From the NCBI GenBank assembly GCA_050012255.1, contig JBEKHN010000017.1, positions 1-46,853 on the forward strand: a stretch of 46,853 bases of DNA, in the 5' to 3' direction. The DNA comes from Candidatus Bathyarchaeia archaeon. Its GTDB lineage: Archaea; Thermoproteota; Bathyarchaeia; Bathyarchaeales; Bathycorpusculaceae. The stretch's first letter is position 1. The number at the start of each line of letters is the position of its first letter. Position numbers and translations under genes: made by a program. The notes beneath the pieces are model-generated. The model saw nothing but the letters and a program-made list of their open reading frames with translations. It was not told where the DNA came from and made no database searches. Positions 28,634-38,613 of the stretch are shown here, piece by piece.

Positions 28634-29314
28634 ATGCAGAAAATCAGAGCAATACTGTTCGACTTAGACAATACTTTAAGCGACTTTATGCTGATGAAGG
28701 AGGAAGCATGCCGAGCCGCAGTGCGAGCAATGATAGCCGCTGGATTGAAAATGACTGAAATGGAAGCTTATTCGCAGCTAATGAAAACATATTTTTCGAT
28801 TGGATTAGAGTCGGATCAAGCGTTTACAGAATTTCTGAAATGCACAGGTCAGTTTGACCACAAGATATTAGCTGCCGCCATTAACAATTACCTTAAGGCG
28901 AAAAACAATTTCGTGAAACCCTATCCTAACGTGAAATTCGTTCTCCAGAAATTGCGAAAGAAAGGAGTAATTTTGAATATTGTTACTGACGCTCCGAAGA
29001 CGAAGGCATTTCAGAGATTGTTGATCATGGGAATTGAACCATATTTCCAAACTGTCATAGCGTTCGAAGATACAGGCAGCAAGAAGCAAACAGGTTTACC
29101 ATTGAAGTTGGCCTTAGAAACGCTCATGAGCAGAGTCCCAGGCATAATGAAGTCTGAAATTCTAATGGTCGGCGATTCAATTGAAAGAGACTTGATTCCA
29201 GCAAAGAAACTTGGGCTCAGAACCGCTCTCTCTAAGTATGGACAAGGAGCGAAAGAGATTGGAACCGCAGATTACGAATTGACGGATATTAAAGACCTCT
29301 TAACCATTATATGA
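28634..29314 (+). CDS. HAD-superfamily hydrolase
   Basis: Motif I FDLDNTL, motif II IVTD, motif IV MVGDSIERDL. Confidence 0.88.
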   Translation: MQKIRAILFDLDNTLSDFMLMKEEACRAAVRAMIAAGLKMTEMEAYSQLMKTYFSIGLESDQAFTEFLKCTGQFDHKILAAAINNYLKAKNNFVKPYPNVKFVLQKLRKKGVILNIVTDAPKTKAFQRLLIMGIEPYFQTVIAFEDTGSKKQTGLPLKLALETLMSRVPGIMKSEILMVGDSIERDLIPAKKLGLRTALSKYGQGAKEIGTADYELTDIKDLLTII

Positions 29315-29469
29315 TCTTCCCTCCTTCCATAAGTTTTTCATGCCGATGCATAATCTATTTCTCAGAAAGTCTCGCGCGCGCGAAAATCAAAACATGCCCA
29401 GTATTTGAATTCGTTTTTCTACCGCCCTACGCTTGAAACGAGAATTGAGCGAAACTGATGGCTCGTAGA

Positions 29470-29488
29470 TGGTGCGGAGGGTGGGATT
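29470..29488 (-). other. tRNA-Leu-type 3'-end fragment (AATCCCACCCTCCGCACCA), possible att-site relic
   Basis: T-stem 3' side + acceptor 3' strand + ACCA only; the rest of the tRNA is absent. Confidence 0.55.
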
Positions 29489-29669
29489 ACCGACCAAATA
29501 TCTGGGCTGATATTGAATTAGAGGTTCAGGCCCGCCCGGATTCGTGCTGATATCGGTTCGGAACTGTGTTCTCCGCCCAGCTTTGGAGTTACTGTTTGGA
29601 ATGTTAATCTGACCTCAATTGGGTGTGGGATATCCCGAGACTTGAACTTCCTGTGGTTTAGGTGCCCGT

Positions 29670-30527
29670 TCATTCCATGGTGACTAGCGGTCTGAGCAAG
29701 CCCTCTCGCTTCTTCGCAATCTTGTAGAGATCGGTGTCAGGTAATATGACGTCAAGGTATGCCTCTAACTCCCCCTTGCTCATCGTAAGTATGTCTTCAG
29801 TGTAATTCGGATAGAACTTCGCGACAAGGGGTCGGAGCCGCTCGTGGAGATTGAACAGGTCTTCTATGAAGCGCGGCTTAGCCTTATTCTTCCAAAGGAG
29901 CAGCTGCTCCTTGAAACTCTCGTTCTCAATTCTCTGAATTAACCTCCCTCTCACTGCCTTGACCACGAGTACAGTTGCTCCTAGCCCCAGGAGTCCTCCG
30001 AAAAGGACCGCGTTTAGGCTGAATGGCAAACCCTGCGTCGGTGAAGCGACGTTGGTTATGGCACCTATGATTTGAGCCAGCGAGCCGAAGCCGAGAAATG
30101 TACCCAGCTTTGCAAGGAAGCTGCCCGAAGAAACTGAGGCCAGATCAGCTACATCGTTAATGTTCTTGATCTTCACTTCGCGCAGATTCTTATAGGTATC
30201 AAGGTAGCTCACATACACGTTTCTTTCGAAGCCCGAGGTTCTGAGATATGAACTGAGGGCAGCGGAAAGATTGTCGATGTAGACCTGAGTATCATGGTCG
30301 TTACTATAGGCGTCGCGAAGAGTTTTGAGCCAGTCCAGGAAAACCTTGCCGACAGTGTCTTCCGTCGTTTCATGGGAGAAATTCAGGGTCAACCCCCAAG
30401 CAAGTTGGATGGTTGAGTCGATCCGGAGAGGCGGATCAGATCGTGGCAGGCTGCTTTCCCCCTTCGTTTGCCTTCGGAGAGTTTGCCCAGCTTCAATTTT
30501 TGTTGTTGTTACCATAACACAATACAC
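29670..30527 (-). CDS. Hypothetical membrane protein with two Gly-rich hydrophobic helices
   Basis: 285-aa ORF with hydrophobic segments FLGFGSLAQIIGAI and AVLFGGLLGLGATVLVV. True start is probably downstream of 30527. Confidence 0.55.
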   Translation of the reverse strand: MYCVMVTTTKIEAGQTLRRQTKGESSLPRSDPPLRIDSTIQLAWGLTLNFSHETTEDTVGKVFLDWLKTLRDAYSNDHDTQVYIDNLSAALSSYLRTSGFERNVYVSYLDTYKNLREVKIKNINDVADLASVSSGSFLAKLGTFLGFGSLAQIIGAITNVASPTQGLPFSLNAVLFGGLLGLGATVLVVKAVRGRLIQRIENESFKEQLLLWKNKAKPRFIEDLFNLHERLRPLVAKFYPNYTEDILTMSKGELEAYLDVILPDTDLYKIAKKREGLLRPLVTME

Positions 30528-30935
30528 TATAATGTGATTCAGCGTTTAGAATTGAAATAATTTGCGGTCGACCGCAAACTTTGAGTCATGGTGAGGAAGT
30601 CCATTATCAGATGATTAACGACGGGAGATAGAACGATTACTTAGCAAAGGGCTGGGAATACGTTGCCAAGATCTCAGACAACCAAGTAATCATCAAATTG
30701 AACCATGGCGCAAACACCTAAACAAGAACAGTGAGAATACTCACCCAAAAAACGATATCAGTCCACTTCTTGGCACCGTATTGCTAAGCATTAGACCTAT
30801 GAAGAAGATTGTCAAAGACAGCAACACAGAAAACATAAGGTCTAGTCTCGACAAGAACGAGTTCTCGATGATTAGTTACAGTTTTACGATTGATTTCTTC
30901 CATAGACTATCGCTGGTTCCGTACTCGAATGCAAG

Positions 30936-31031
30936 CGGGCCCGCCGGGAATTGAACCCGGGACCCCCGGGTTTCCATGCAAAGCTTTTTGCTTAAAAGCC
31001 CGGTGCTCTGTCCTTACTGAGCTACGGGCCC
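30936..31031 (-). tRNA. tRNA-Lys(TTT) with canonical 21-nt 37/38 intron (30972..30992)
   Basis: GGGCCCG/CGGGCCC-G acceptor, CCGGG-CT-TTT-A^A-CCCGG anticodon arm, intron hairpin GCAAA/TTTGC, T arm CCGGG-TTCAATT-CCCGG. Confidence 0.92.
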
Positions 31032-31302
31032 ATTCTGGGCTGATCTTTCGCTTCTAGAGAGGCGGGGAAGGTGTTCTTTAGTGTTTCTATTAGGTTCATT
31101 CCTTTCAAAGGGAAGGTGACCAAGGCCTCGTTCAACGCCTGTACATATTGCTCTTTTCAAAGCTAAATAACACAATTCAGACATCGCGTTTTTAGACCTC
31201 AATCTTTCTAACAAATGGCGAAAGAAGCCAATCTTAACAGTCCGCGATATATCTGCATATTAACAAAGGTTATTTGTCACTTCAAAGCGAGAAAGTTGCA
31301 CG

Positions 31303-31911
31303 GTGCAAAAATTGATTTCGTGGAAGCATTCTTTTAAGAGATTAAGCGAAGAATACGAAGTGGCGAGGAAAAAGAAACAAGCTTTGGACAATTTGCTGAG
31401 AAAGGGCAGAATTTCGCAGTCCACTTTCGACGTGTTCAATCGAGAGATAGAAGATGCGCTCGCAGAAGTCGAGAAGGAAGAAAAGGCATTGTTGGAAAAG
31501 ATGGCTGCTAAAGTAGTTGAACTCGAAGGGCAGGTGAAAACTCTGGAGGTTCTTCTAGCAAACTTTGAGATTGGACACGTGACAGGCGAGATAGATGACC
31601 AGGTCTATCAGCGGGAGAACGACCTTCTTTCTGTGGGACTTGAAACAACGAAACAAGAACTAGACGAAGTCAAGGAAGCGGCAGACGAGCTTGCGGGTGG
31701 CGAATTGACAATGGACATAGAGCCTGAGGAGCTTTCGCTTGAAAGCGAAGCTACTCAGCAAGAAGTCAGATTCTTGGAGGAGTCGCCCCCCACAGAGGAA
31801 AAAGACCCTGCTGAGCATAACAAGGAAACCGTGGTTCAAACAGTAGTGTGTACAACACAGGCCGGGTCGCCAGAAGTCAAGGCTAAGGCTGAAGAAAAAC
31901 CAGAAGCTTAA
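31303..31911 (+). CDS. CdvA-like coiled-coil protein with acidic C-terminal tail
   Basis: KKKQALDNLLRKGRISQSTF and LANFEIGHVTGEIDDQVY resemble the CdvA coiled-coil repeats; recognised from memory of the family. Confidence 0.7.
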   Translation: MQKLISWKHSFKRLSEEYEVARKKKQALDNLLRKGRISQSTFDVFNREIEDALAEVEKEEKALLEKMAAKVVELEGQVKTLEVLLANFEIGHVTGEIDDQVYQRENDLLSVGLETTKQELDEVKEAADELAGGELTMDIEPEELSLESEATQQEVRFLEESPPTEEKDPAEHNKETVVQTVVCTTQAGSPEVKAKAEEKPEA

Positions 31912-32015
31912 CAAGGCCACTATTCTCCTCTCTTTTTCTTTTCAAACGCGCCCAGACGAGCCATGCAGGATTTTATACTGGTTTGCATTCATTCTGGGCT
32001 GAGGATGTTCTGCAA

Positions 32016-33113
32016 TTGGCTGAGAGGATCATCATCGGTTTCCATGAAAAGATGAAACAGTACGATCTGGGCGAAGGGCATCCGTTCAGAGGCGACCGCT
32101 TTGTTAACGCAATGGAATTCTTTCGTGCACAAGGCTTGTTCAGCCATCCTGGAATCGTTCTTGTTCAACCTGAGCCAGCCTCTCAAAAAGACTTGTTGAG
32201 GGTTCACGATGAGGAATACGTCGACTTGATCTTTGGGCTCGCAAAAGAAGACAAAGCATACGATGTTGAGACACCCGTCTCTCCAGAGATTCTTGAAGCA
32301 GCACTCATTGTCTGTGGCAACGCAATTGAATGCGGCAAAGCAGTTGTTGAAAATAGAGCAAGAAGAGCAGTTTCTATAGGTGGGGGGTATCATCACGCTG
32401 GAAAAAACTACGGAGGAGGATTCTGCTTATTCAATGATGTCGCAGTCCTGACCGAGTACTTGAGAGCTGAACACGGTGTTCGACGGTTTTTGATCCTAGA
32501 CCATGATGTTCACTTTGGAAACGGTACAAGCAGCATTTACTACCAAGACCCTACAGTGCTCTACATATCTTTGCATCAAGACCCGAGAACGATCTATCCT
32601 GGAACAGGCTTCACCTGGCAGATCGGAGAAGGAAGAGGAGAAGGCTACAACGTCAACGTACCGTTGCCACCAGGAACGGGCGACAGCACGTATCTCTACG
32701 CGTTAAATGAGATTTTTGTCCCGTTAGCCGAGGAGTTCAAGCCCGAGATCATCATCACCAACGGAGGAAGCGACCCACATTTTGCAGACACACTCGGAGG
32801 CTTAGCGTTGACTGTCAACGGCTTTTTTGAACTGTCCAAGGTGATCAGAGAGACTGCTGACAGAGTCTGCAGTGGAAAGCTTGTGTTGATGCCTGGAAGC
32901 GGATACAACCCGAAAGTTCTGCCGCTCTGCTGGTACGCGCTCGTTGCAGGTGTAGCAGGCATAGAGAAGATAACTGTCACCGAGCCCTATGCTCCGCCGA
33001 AAGAGCCCCCTGACTGTCGGGGCATCGTCGCAAACACTATCGACGAGCTGAAGAGACTCCTGAGAAAAAACTGGGCGTGTTTCGAAGGCTTCTCGATTTC
33101 AGGCTTACAATAG
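32016..33113 (+). CDS. Zn-dependent deacetylase (HDAC/AcuC family)
   Basis: HPF, GGGYHHA, GFCLFND, DHDVHFGNGT, SLHQ, YPGTG, GSDPH, GSGY. Start TTG 32016 preferred over 31983. Confidence 0.92.
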   Translation: MAERIIIGFHEKMKQYDLGEGHPFRGDRFVNAMEFFRAQGLFSHPGIVLVQPEPASQKDLLRVHDEEYVDLIFGLAKEDKAYDVETPVSPEILEAALIVCGNAIECGKAVVENRARRAVSIGGGYHHAGKNYGGGFCLFNDVAVLTEYLRAEHGVRRFLILDHDVHFGNGTSSIYYQDPTVLYISLHQDPRTIYPGTGFTWQIGEGRGEGYNVNVPLPPGTGDSTYLYALNEIFVPLAEEFKPEIIITNGGSDPHFADTLGGLALTVNGFFELSKVIRETADRVCSGKLVLMPGSGYNPKVLPLCWYALVAGVAGIEKITVTEPYAPPKEPPDCRGIVANTIDELKRLLRKNWACFEGFSISGLQ

Positions 33114-33214
33114 GCTCCAAAAACGCTGGCAACGGCTTCGCGTGAACCTTGAGGCTTTAATACTCAGAAGCTAATAGTCTAGGCTTGCCAACATAGCAGT
33201 GGATGTAAGCTCGT

Positions 33215-34345
33215 ATGGATAATGCCCAGAAAATCCGTGAACAGTTTCCAGTCACCGAGAGCAAAGTCTTCTTGAATCATGCCGCGCAGTCTCCACTGCC
33301 CAAACCAGTCGCTGATGCGATTCACAGGTACACAGATGAATTCTCCAAGTTTGGAACAAGCTTGATCGACTGTGACAGGTGGGGGAAACCCCACTTCGCC
33401 AAGCTCATCGGCGCTAGGTCTGAGGAAATAGCGCTGATCGAAAACACCTCGGTAGGCCTGAACATAGCCGCAAGCGTCCTCCACTACCCACCAGGTTCGA
33501 AGATGGTCACGACAGACTTGGAGTATCCTTCTGTGGTTTATCCTTGGCTCCGCAAGAACCTCGGCGCAAAAGTCCATTACGTTAAAAGCGTGGACGGAAA
33601 AGTATCGTTGGACGACATGGAAAAGGCTGTTGACGATAAGACAGTCGCTGTTGCAATAAGCCACGTTGAATACGTCAACGGCTTCCGCCACAATCTACGA
33701 GTTCTAAGCGAAGTGGCCCATGAACACGGAGCCTACCTAATCGTTGACGCAATACAATCTGTTGGAACCATGCCGATCAACGTCAAGACTGATGATGTTG
33801 ACTTCCTCATGGCCGCTTGCTACAAGTGGCTGCTGAGCCCGTCAGGAGCAGCCTACTTGTACGTGAAGGACGAACTTATCGAAGAGTTTGAACCACCTTA
33901 CGTCGGTTGGGCAAGTGTGAAGCCAGAGGTATTTAAGACGATAGATTTTTGGGACATCTGGAGCCTGAAACTCTCGAAGACGGCAAGTCGTTTCGAAGTG
34001 GGCTCGCCGTCAACGATAAGCCTTGTGGGCGCGGCGGAAGCGATGAAGATGCTGCTGAACTACGGAACTGAAAATATCAAACGAAGAATCATCAAGCTTA
34101 CCGATCGTCTGATAGATTCAGTCAAGGATCTAGGGCTTGAACTTCAAACGCCTGAAGAAAGGCAGTATCGGTCAGGAATAGTGAACTTCAAGATTGGAAA
34201 ACCGCAGAAGGTAACGGATAGGCTGAATAAGAAAGGCATAGTCGTGTCTGCTAGAGCCCATGGAATAAGGGTCTCACCACATTTTTACAACACAGAGGAA
34301 GAAATTGACAAGCTCATAGAAGAAATCAAGAAACTGAAGGACTAG
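33215..34345 (+). CDS. PLP-dependent aminotransferase class V (C-S lyase / cysteine desulfurase-like)
   Basis: FLNHAA, EYPS, VDAIQS, CYKWLL, RFEVGS, IRVSPHFYN; lacks the SufS/IscS persulfide Cys loop. Confidence 0.88.
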   Translation: MDNAQKIREQFPVTESKVFLNHAAQSPLPKPVADAIHRYTDEFSKFGTSLIDCDRWGKPHFAKLIGARSEEIALIENTSVGLNIAASVLHYPPGSKMVTTDLEYPSVVYPWLRKNLGAKVHYVKSVDGKVSLDDMEKAVDDKTVAVAISHVEYVNGFRHNLRVLSEVAHEHGAYLIVDAIQSVGTMPINVKTDDVDFLMAACYKWLLSPSGAAYLYVKDELIEEFEPPYVGWASVKPEVFKTIDFWDIWSLKLSKTASRFEVGSPSTISLVGAAEAMKMLLNYGTENIKRRIIKLTDRLIDSVKDLGLELQTPEERQYRSGIVNFKIGKPQKVTDRLNKKGIVVSARAHGIRVSPHFYNTEEEIDKLIEEIKKLKD

Positions 34346-34371
34346 CACATGATAGTCAACATTGTTGTACT

Positions 34372-35172
34372 GTGAGTTTAATGTTCAAAGTTGAGAAGAT
34401 CGATGAGGGAAACAGACAGCGCCTCGTTGAGTGTTTAAAGTCAGACGTCATCAAACATGTTTTCGCCTTCTACGATGTTCAATACGACCCTGAACACACA
34501 ACAACCTACGCAGCCTTCAAAAAAAACCGGGTGATGGGATACATCCTCATCTACACCGCCACCGACGTTCCAAGCGTAATACTCGAATGCGAAGAAGATG
34601 CTGCTGAAACGCTGATTGCCTATGCACCCAAGAACCAGTTCATAATGCATACGACACCAAACCTTCTGCCAGTCATAAAAAGAAATTTTCCTAACGCAAA
34701 AGACTACATCGAAAGCTGGATGCTAATAAGAAAGCCCGAAGCAAGCTTTTACAATTCAAAACTTGTGAAGCGATTGCTCACCGAAGAGGATGCGGCTATG
34801 CTGGCTAAACTACTTCTCCAAAGGACAGATCGTCCCAAGAGAATGATGAAGAAGTACATTGAATGGGTAACGAAGACGCCGATCTACGGCATCTTCAAGA
34901 AAGGCATGCTGGTCTCGTATGCCGGTTCCTTCATTCAACTTCCCCAAGTCTGGATGATAGGAGGAGTCTACACTGACCCCAAGCACAGGAACAAAGGGTA
35001 CGCACTCCTAGCCACGTCTGCAGTTACCGAAGAAGCGTTAAGGCAAGCAGAGGCGGCGGCCTTGTTTGTGAGGTCAGACAATTATCCTGCAATCAGAGTT
35101 TATGAAAAAATCGGTTATAGAAAAATCGGCGAAAAACTCTGGATAGACGTGGGCACGAGGTTAAGGCCGTGA
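34372..35172 (+). CDS. GNAT-family acetyltransferase (C-terminal GNAT domain)
   Basis: IGGVYTDPKHRNKGYA, NYPAIRVYEKIGY. Confidence 0.88.
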   Translation: MSLMFKVEKIDEGNRQRLVECLKSDVIKHVFAFYDVQYDPEHTTTYAAFKKNRVMGYILIYTATDVPSVILECEEDAAETLIAYAPKNQFIMHTTPNLLPVIKRNFPNAKDYIESWMLIRKPEASFYNSKLVKRLLTEEDAAMLAKLLLQRTDRPKRMMKKYIEWVTKTPIYGIFKKGMLVSYAGSFIQLPQVWMIGGVYTDPKHRNKGYALLATSAVTEEALRQAEAAALFVRSDNYPAIRVYEKIGYRKIGEKLWIDVGTRLRP

Positions 35173-35174
35173 GG

Positions 35175-35915
35175 CTAAAATGTTTTTTCCAGCACTTCGT
35201 TCAGTAGCCTTATCGCGGACCATGCTGCAAGTGCACTTGTCTTAGGGTTGTCTGGATACGGGTCGTTTTCAAACCTCAAAAGCATATCGCCATATTTCCA
35301 GGCGACTTTGACCTCGTGGATGTTCCTATTCACTTTAGGATCTGATATCACTTTGACCATCACTTTTTTGGGCCTGACAGCCAAAGCCAAGGTTGCAGCG
35401 ATGTTCATCTCTCTTGGAAAAAGCCTGACAGCCTCCTCAGCATACCCATCGTAAGCAATCATTTCTCCGTCATTGTTCAAGTCAAGAGTCTGAGGGTTCT
35501 TTCTAGTAGTCAGGGTGACCTCGTCAATCCCAGCGAGCACTGCACTGGAAACTGCATCTAAGCCGCCTATAGCTCCTGAGGGCACGTGAATTTTACAGCT
35601 TCTGACGTCCATTTCAAGAAGAGCACCTACGCTCATGACTATGAGTTCAACGTTCTCCGCTAGAATCCTCGGCAGGTATTCTTTGACCGCTTGCTGTGAC
35701 GCTGCCTCCACAATCACTGCAGGTTTGGCTCTAAGCATTTCTTCAAGGCTTCTGACGACCTCGACTTCGACACGCAGAGACTTTCGAAGGTTCTCTGCCT
35801 TCTCCTGATTGTAGTCGTAGAGAATGAGCTCGTCACAGTTAACAATCCCTTCATAAACCGCTTTTGCGATTACAGTGCCGATTACGCCGCACCCTATTAT
35901 CCCAACTCTCTTCAC
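35175..35915 (-). CDS. nadX: L-aspartate dehydrogenase (NadX / DUF108)
   Basis: GIIGCGVIG, VEAAS, MSVGAL, PSGAIGGLD, NPKTSALAA. Start set at GTG 35915. Confidence 0.85.
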   Translation of the reverse strand: MKRVGIIGCGVIGTVIAKAVYEGIVNCDELILYDYNQEKAENLRKSLRVEVEVVRSLEEMLRAKPAVIVEAASQQAVKEYLPRILAENVELIVMSVGALLEMDVRSCKIHVPSGAIGGLDAVSSAVLAGIDEVTLTTRKNPQTLDLNNDGEMIAYDGYAEEAVRLFPREMNIAATLALAVRPKKVMVKVISDPKVNRNIHEVKVAWKYGDMLLRFENDPYPDNPKTSALAAWSAIRLLNEVLEKTF

Positions 35916-35934
35916 TGTCCACCGCTTCCAGAGG

Positions 35935-38409
35935 TCACTGATAATCTGCGATGAAGCTGATGTTGAACGGTTTGGCCTCTCTACCCTCACCCTTGTTTGG
36001 CAGAATCTTCATGTCCACGACCTTGCAAGCACCAGATATGTCCTCCTTGCCTTCAGCAATTGTTTCTCCAAAGCTTTTTTCTCCAGCGTAGATCGTCAGC
36101 TTCTTGATCGGCGCGTTCAATGGCAGATGCTTTTCAGCTTTCTCCCTTCGAACCTCTGTGATGATTGCCATGATTAGGTCTCCACGCGTTTCCGCTTCCT
36201 CATCAAAACGCGTTTTGTCAACTCGTGGCCAGGAAGAACGATGGATGCTTCCTTGCTTTTCCTCTTCCGCGTACAGAGTGGAATAGATCTCTTCTGTAAC
36301 GTGAGGCGTTATTGGTGCCAGAAGATGCAGGATTCTGTTCAAGACAACGTGTAACGCGTACTGCGCCGCCCTCTTCTTGTCTTCTCCGTAGATATCGGGC
36401 CTGTAAAGGCGATCCTTCACAGCCTCTAAGTAGCAGTCGCAGAAGATGTGCCAGGTGAAATTGCGCGTTTCTTCCAAAGCTGTGTTAAACTGACAGTTCT
36501 CCAGAGCCTCAGTCACCTTTTCAGTAACCTTTTCAGCCTTGCCCAGTATCCACTTGTCCAAGGGCTGAAGGTTGCCTCTGGACTTCTCACTCGGCGCATA
36601 GTCCTTCAACAAGTTGCTCACAAAGCTCGATGCGTTCCACAGTTTGATCAAGAAGCGCCAGCCATATTCTACATCCGGCCATCGGAACGGAATGTCTGAA
36701 CCCGTGGCGCCGCCCCCTGCGGCCCACTGCCTCGTCGCGTCTGCTCCGTACTTCTCAAGAACTTCTTCAGACGACACATAATTGCCCAAAGACTTGTGCA
36801 TCTCGCGGCCGTCTGTTCCCAGCACCATGCCGTTGATCAAGCAGCTCCTGTACGGTTTTTCGTCAAACAGGGCCAAATGCCTGACCATCAAATAGTAGGC
36901 CCACGTACGGATGATGTCTACGCCTGAAGGGTGCATGTCCGCTGGGAAAAGTCTCCTCCAGTCTTTCCTGTCAGGCCACCCAGCGTGCACTGCGCACGTT
37001 ATCGAAGAGTCAAACCAAGTGTCCAGCACATCTGTCTCTGGCTTAAACTCCCCGTGGCCGCATTTCGGACACTTCGCAGTTCTTGGTCTTTCTAGCCGCG
37101 GGTCTATCGGCACCCACTCAGGTTCGGCAAGGACTATTTCACCACATTTTTTGCAGTACCAGATGGGTATCGGCGTCGCGAACACCCTCTGCCGAGATAT
37201 TACCCAGTCCCACTCAAGCGACTTCGCCCAGTCGATCAGGCGATACTTCATGTAGTCAGGATACCACTTGATCTCTAAAGCGTTCTTTTCGACCTTGTCC
37301 GTGAGGACACGTGTCTTCATGAACCACTGTTCCCTCTCAAGGATTTCTATCGGAGTCTTACATCTCCAGCAGATGCTCACCTCTTGCTTCAGAGTTTCAG
37401 TCTTTCCAAGCAGCCCATCATTCCGCAGGTCTTTAAGAATGGCCTCCTTGGCCTCTTCAGTCTGCATGCCAGCGTATTTTCCGGCGTTTTCAGTCATTCT
37501 GCCCTTTTCGTCTACGCACACTATAGCAGGCAGATGATGCACTGCAACGCTCTTGACATCAGCCTTGTCCCCGTACGTGCAGATCATCACCGCGCCAGTG
37601 CCGAACATCGGGTCGACCATTCCATCAGTCACAACTTCAACCGCTCTGTTCGTCGTTGGCACCTTAACCCTCTTGCCAACGTACTTTTTGTGGCGTTCGT
37701 CGTCAGGGTTCACAGCCACGGTTACACACGCTGGAATGAGCTCGGGCCGTGTTGTAGCTATCTCGAGGAAGCCGCCGTTTTCAAGCTCGAACTTGATGTG
37801 ATGCAACTCGGCGTTTCTTGTTTCGTGTTCAACTTCGGCGTCGGCGATTGCGGTTTCACATCTTGGACACCAGTTCACAGGATGCGTTCCACGGTAGATG
37901 AAGCCCTTGTTGTAGAGGAGAATGAACGAGAGCTGGGTGCGTCTCCAGTAGTCTGGGTCCATCGTCTTGTACTCTGTTGTCCAATCCATCGAGTATCCAA
38001 GACGGGTCATGTCAGCCTTCATGGACCCAATGTATTCGTTCACGAGCTTTTCACATAGCTTCCTGAAACGGTCTGGAGGAATGTCCGTTTTCTTGATCCC
38101 GTGCTCCTTTTCAACTTCCACTTCAACGGGCAAACCGTGACAGTCCCATCCTTGTGGAAAGTGAACGTTGTAGCCGTTCATCCGCTTGTAACGGGCCACG
38201 ATGTCAAAGTATGTCCAGTTGAGAACCGTTCCCATGTGGAACTCTCCAGACGCATACGGAGGAGGCGTGTCAATGCTGAACCTAGGGCTTTTACTATCCT
38301 TCCAGTCGAAACGGTAGGTGCCCATCTTTTCCCATTCGCTCTGCCACTTCTTCTCAATCGCCGAAATATTGAGCTCTTTTGGCAGTTTCTTCATTGCACT
38401 CAACAGCAT
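35935..38409 (-). CDS. valS: Valine--tRNA ligase (archaeal type)
   Basis: IDTPPPY, HIGH-like FHMG, GWDCHGLP, WDWVISRQR, DTWFDSS, KMSKS-like EMHKS. Confidence 0.95.
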   Translation of the reverse strand: MLLSAMKKLPKELNISAIEKKWQSEWEKMGTYRFDWKDSKSPRFSIDTPPPYASGEFHMGTVLNWTYFDIVARYKRMNGYNVHFPQGWDCHGLPVEVEVEKEHGIKKTDIPPDRFRKLCEKLVNEYIGSMKADMTRLGYSMDWTTEYKTMDPDYWRRTQLSFILLYNKGFIYRGTHPVNWCPRCETAIADAEVEHETRNAELHHIKFELENGGFLEIATTRPELIPACVTVAVNPDDERHKKYVGKRVKVPTTNRAVEVVTDGMVDPMFGTGAVMICTYGDKADVKSVAVHHLPAIVCVDEKGRMTENAGKYAGMQTEEAKEAILKDLRNDGLLGKTETLKQEVSICWRCKTPIEILEREQWFMKTRVLTDKVEKNALEIKWYPDYMKYRLIDWAKSLEWDWVISRQRVFATPIPIWYCKKCGEIVLAEPEWVPIDPRLERPRTAKCPKCGHGEFKPETDVLDTWFDSSITCAVHAGWPDRKDWRRLFPADMHPSGVDIIRTWAYYLMVRHLALFDEKPYRSCLINGMVLGTDGREMHKSLGNYVSSEEVLEKYGADATRQWAAGGGATGSDIPFRWPDVEYGWRFLIKLWNASSFVSNLLKDYAPSEKSRGNLQPLDKWILGKAEKVTEKVTEALENCQFNTALEETRNFTWHIFCDCYLEAVKDRLYRPDIYGEDKKRAAQYALHVVLNRILHLLAPITPHVTEEIYSTLYAEEEKQGSIHRSSWPRVDKTRFDEEAETRGDLIMAIITEVRREKAEKHLPLNAPIKKLTIYAGEKSFGETIAEGKEDISGACKVVDMKILPNKGEGREAKPFNISFIADYQ

Positions 38410-38613
38410 CCTGACGTAAATTGTGGACTATGGCTAGGAAAAGTAAATATCTTCCTAATTAAGGCGATGTCTCCCTCAATTCGCGCACGCGATGAGACGT
38501 CTCCCGCAACTCCGTTTTTTCTCTCAAACATGCGCATCACTGAATCGATTATGGAGAAGTAGGTGTCTTAGAAGACTCGAGTCAGTCCTCGGCTCGAGCA
38601 ATTATCGTTGGGT

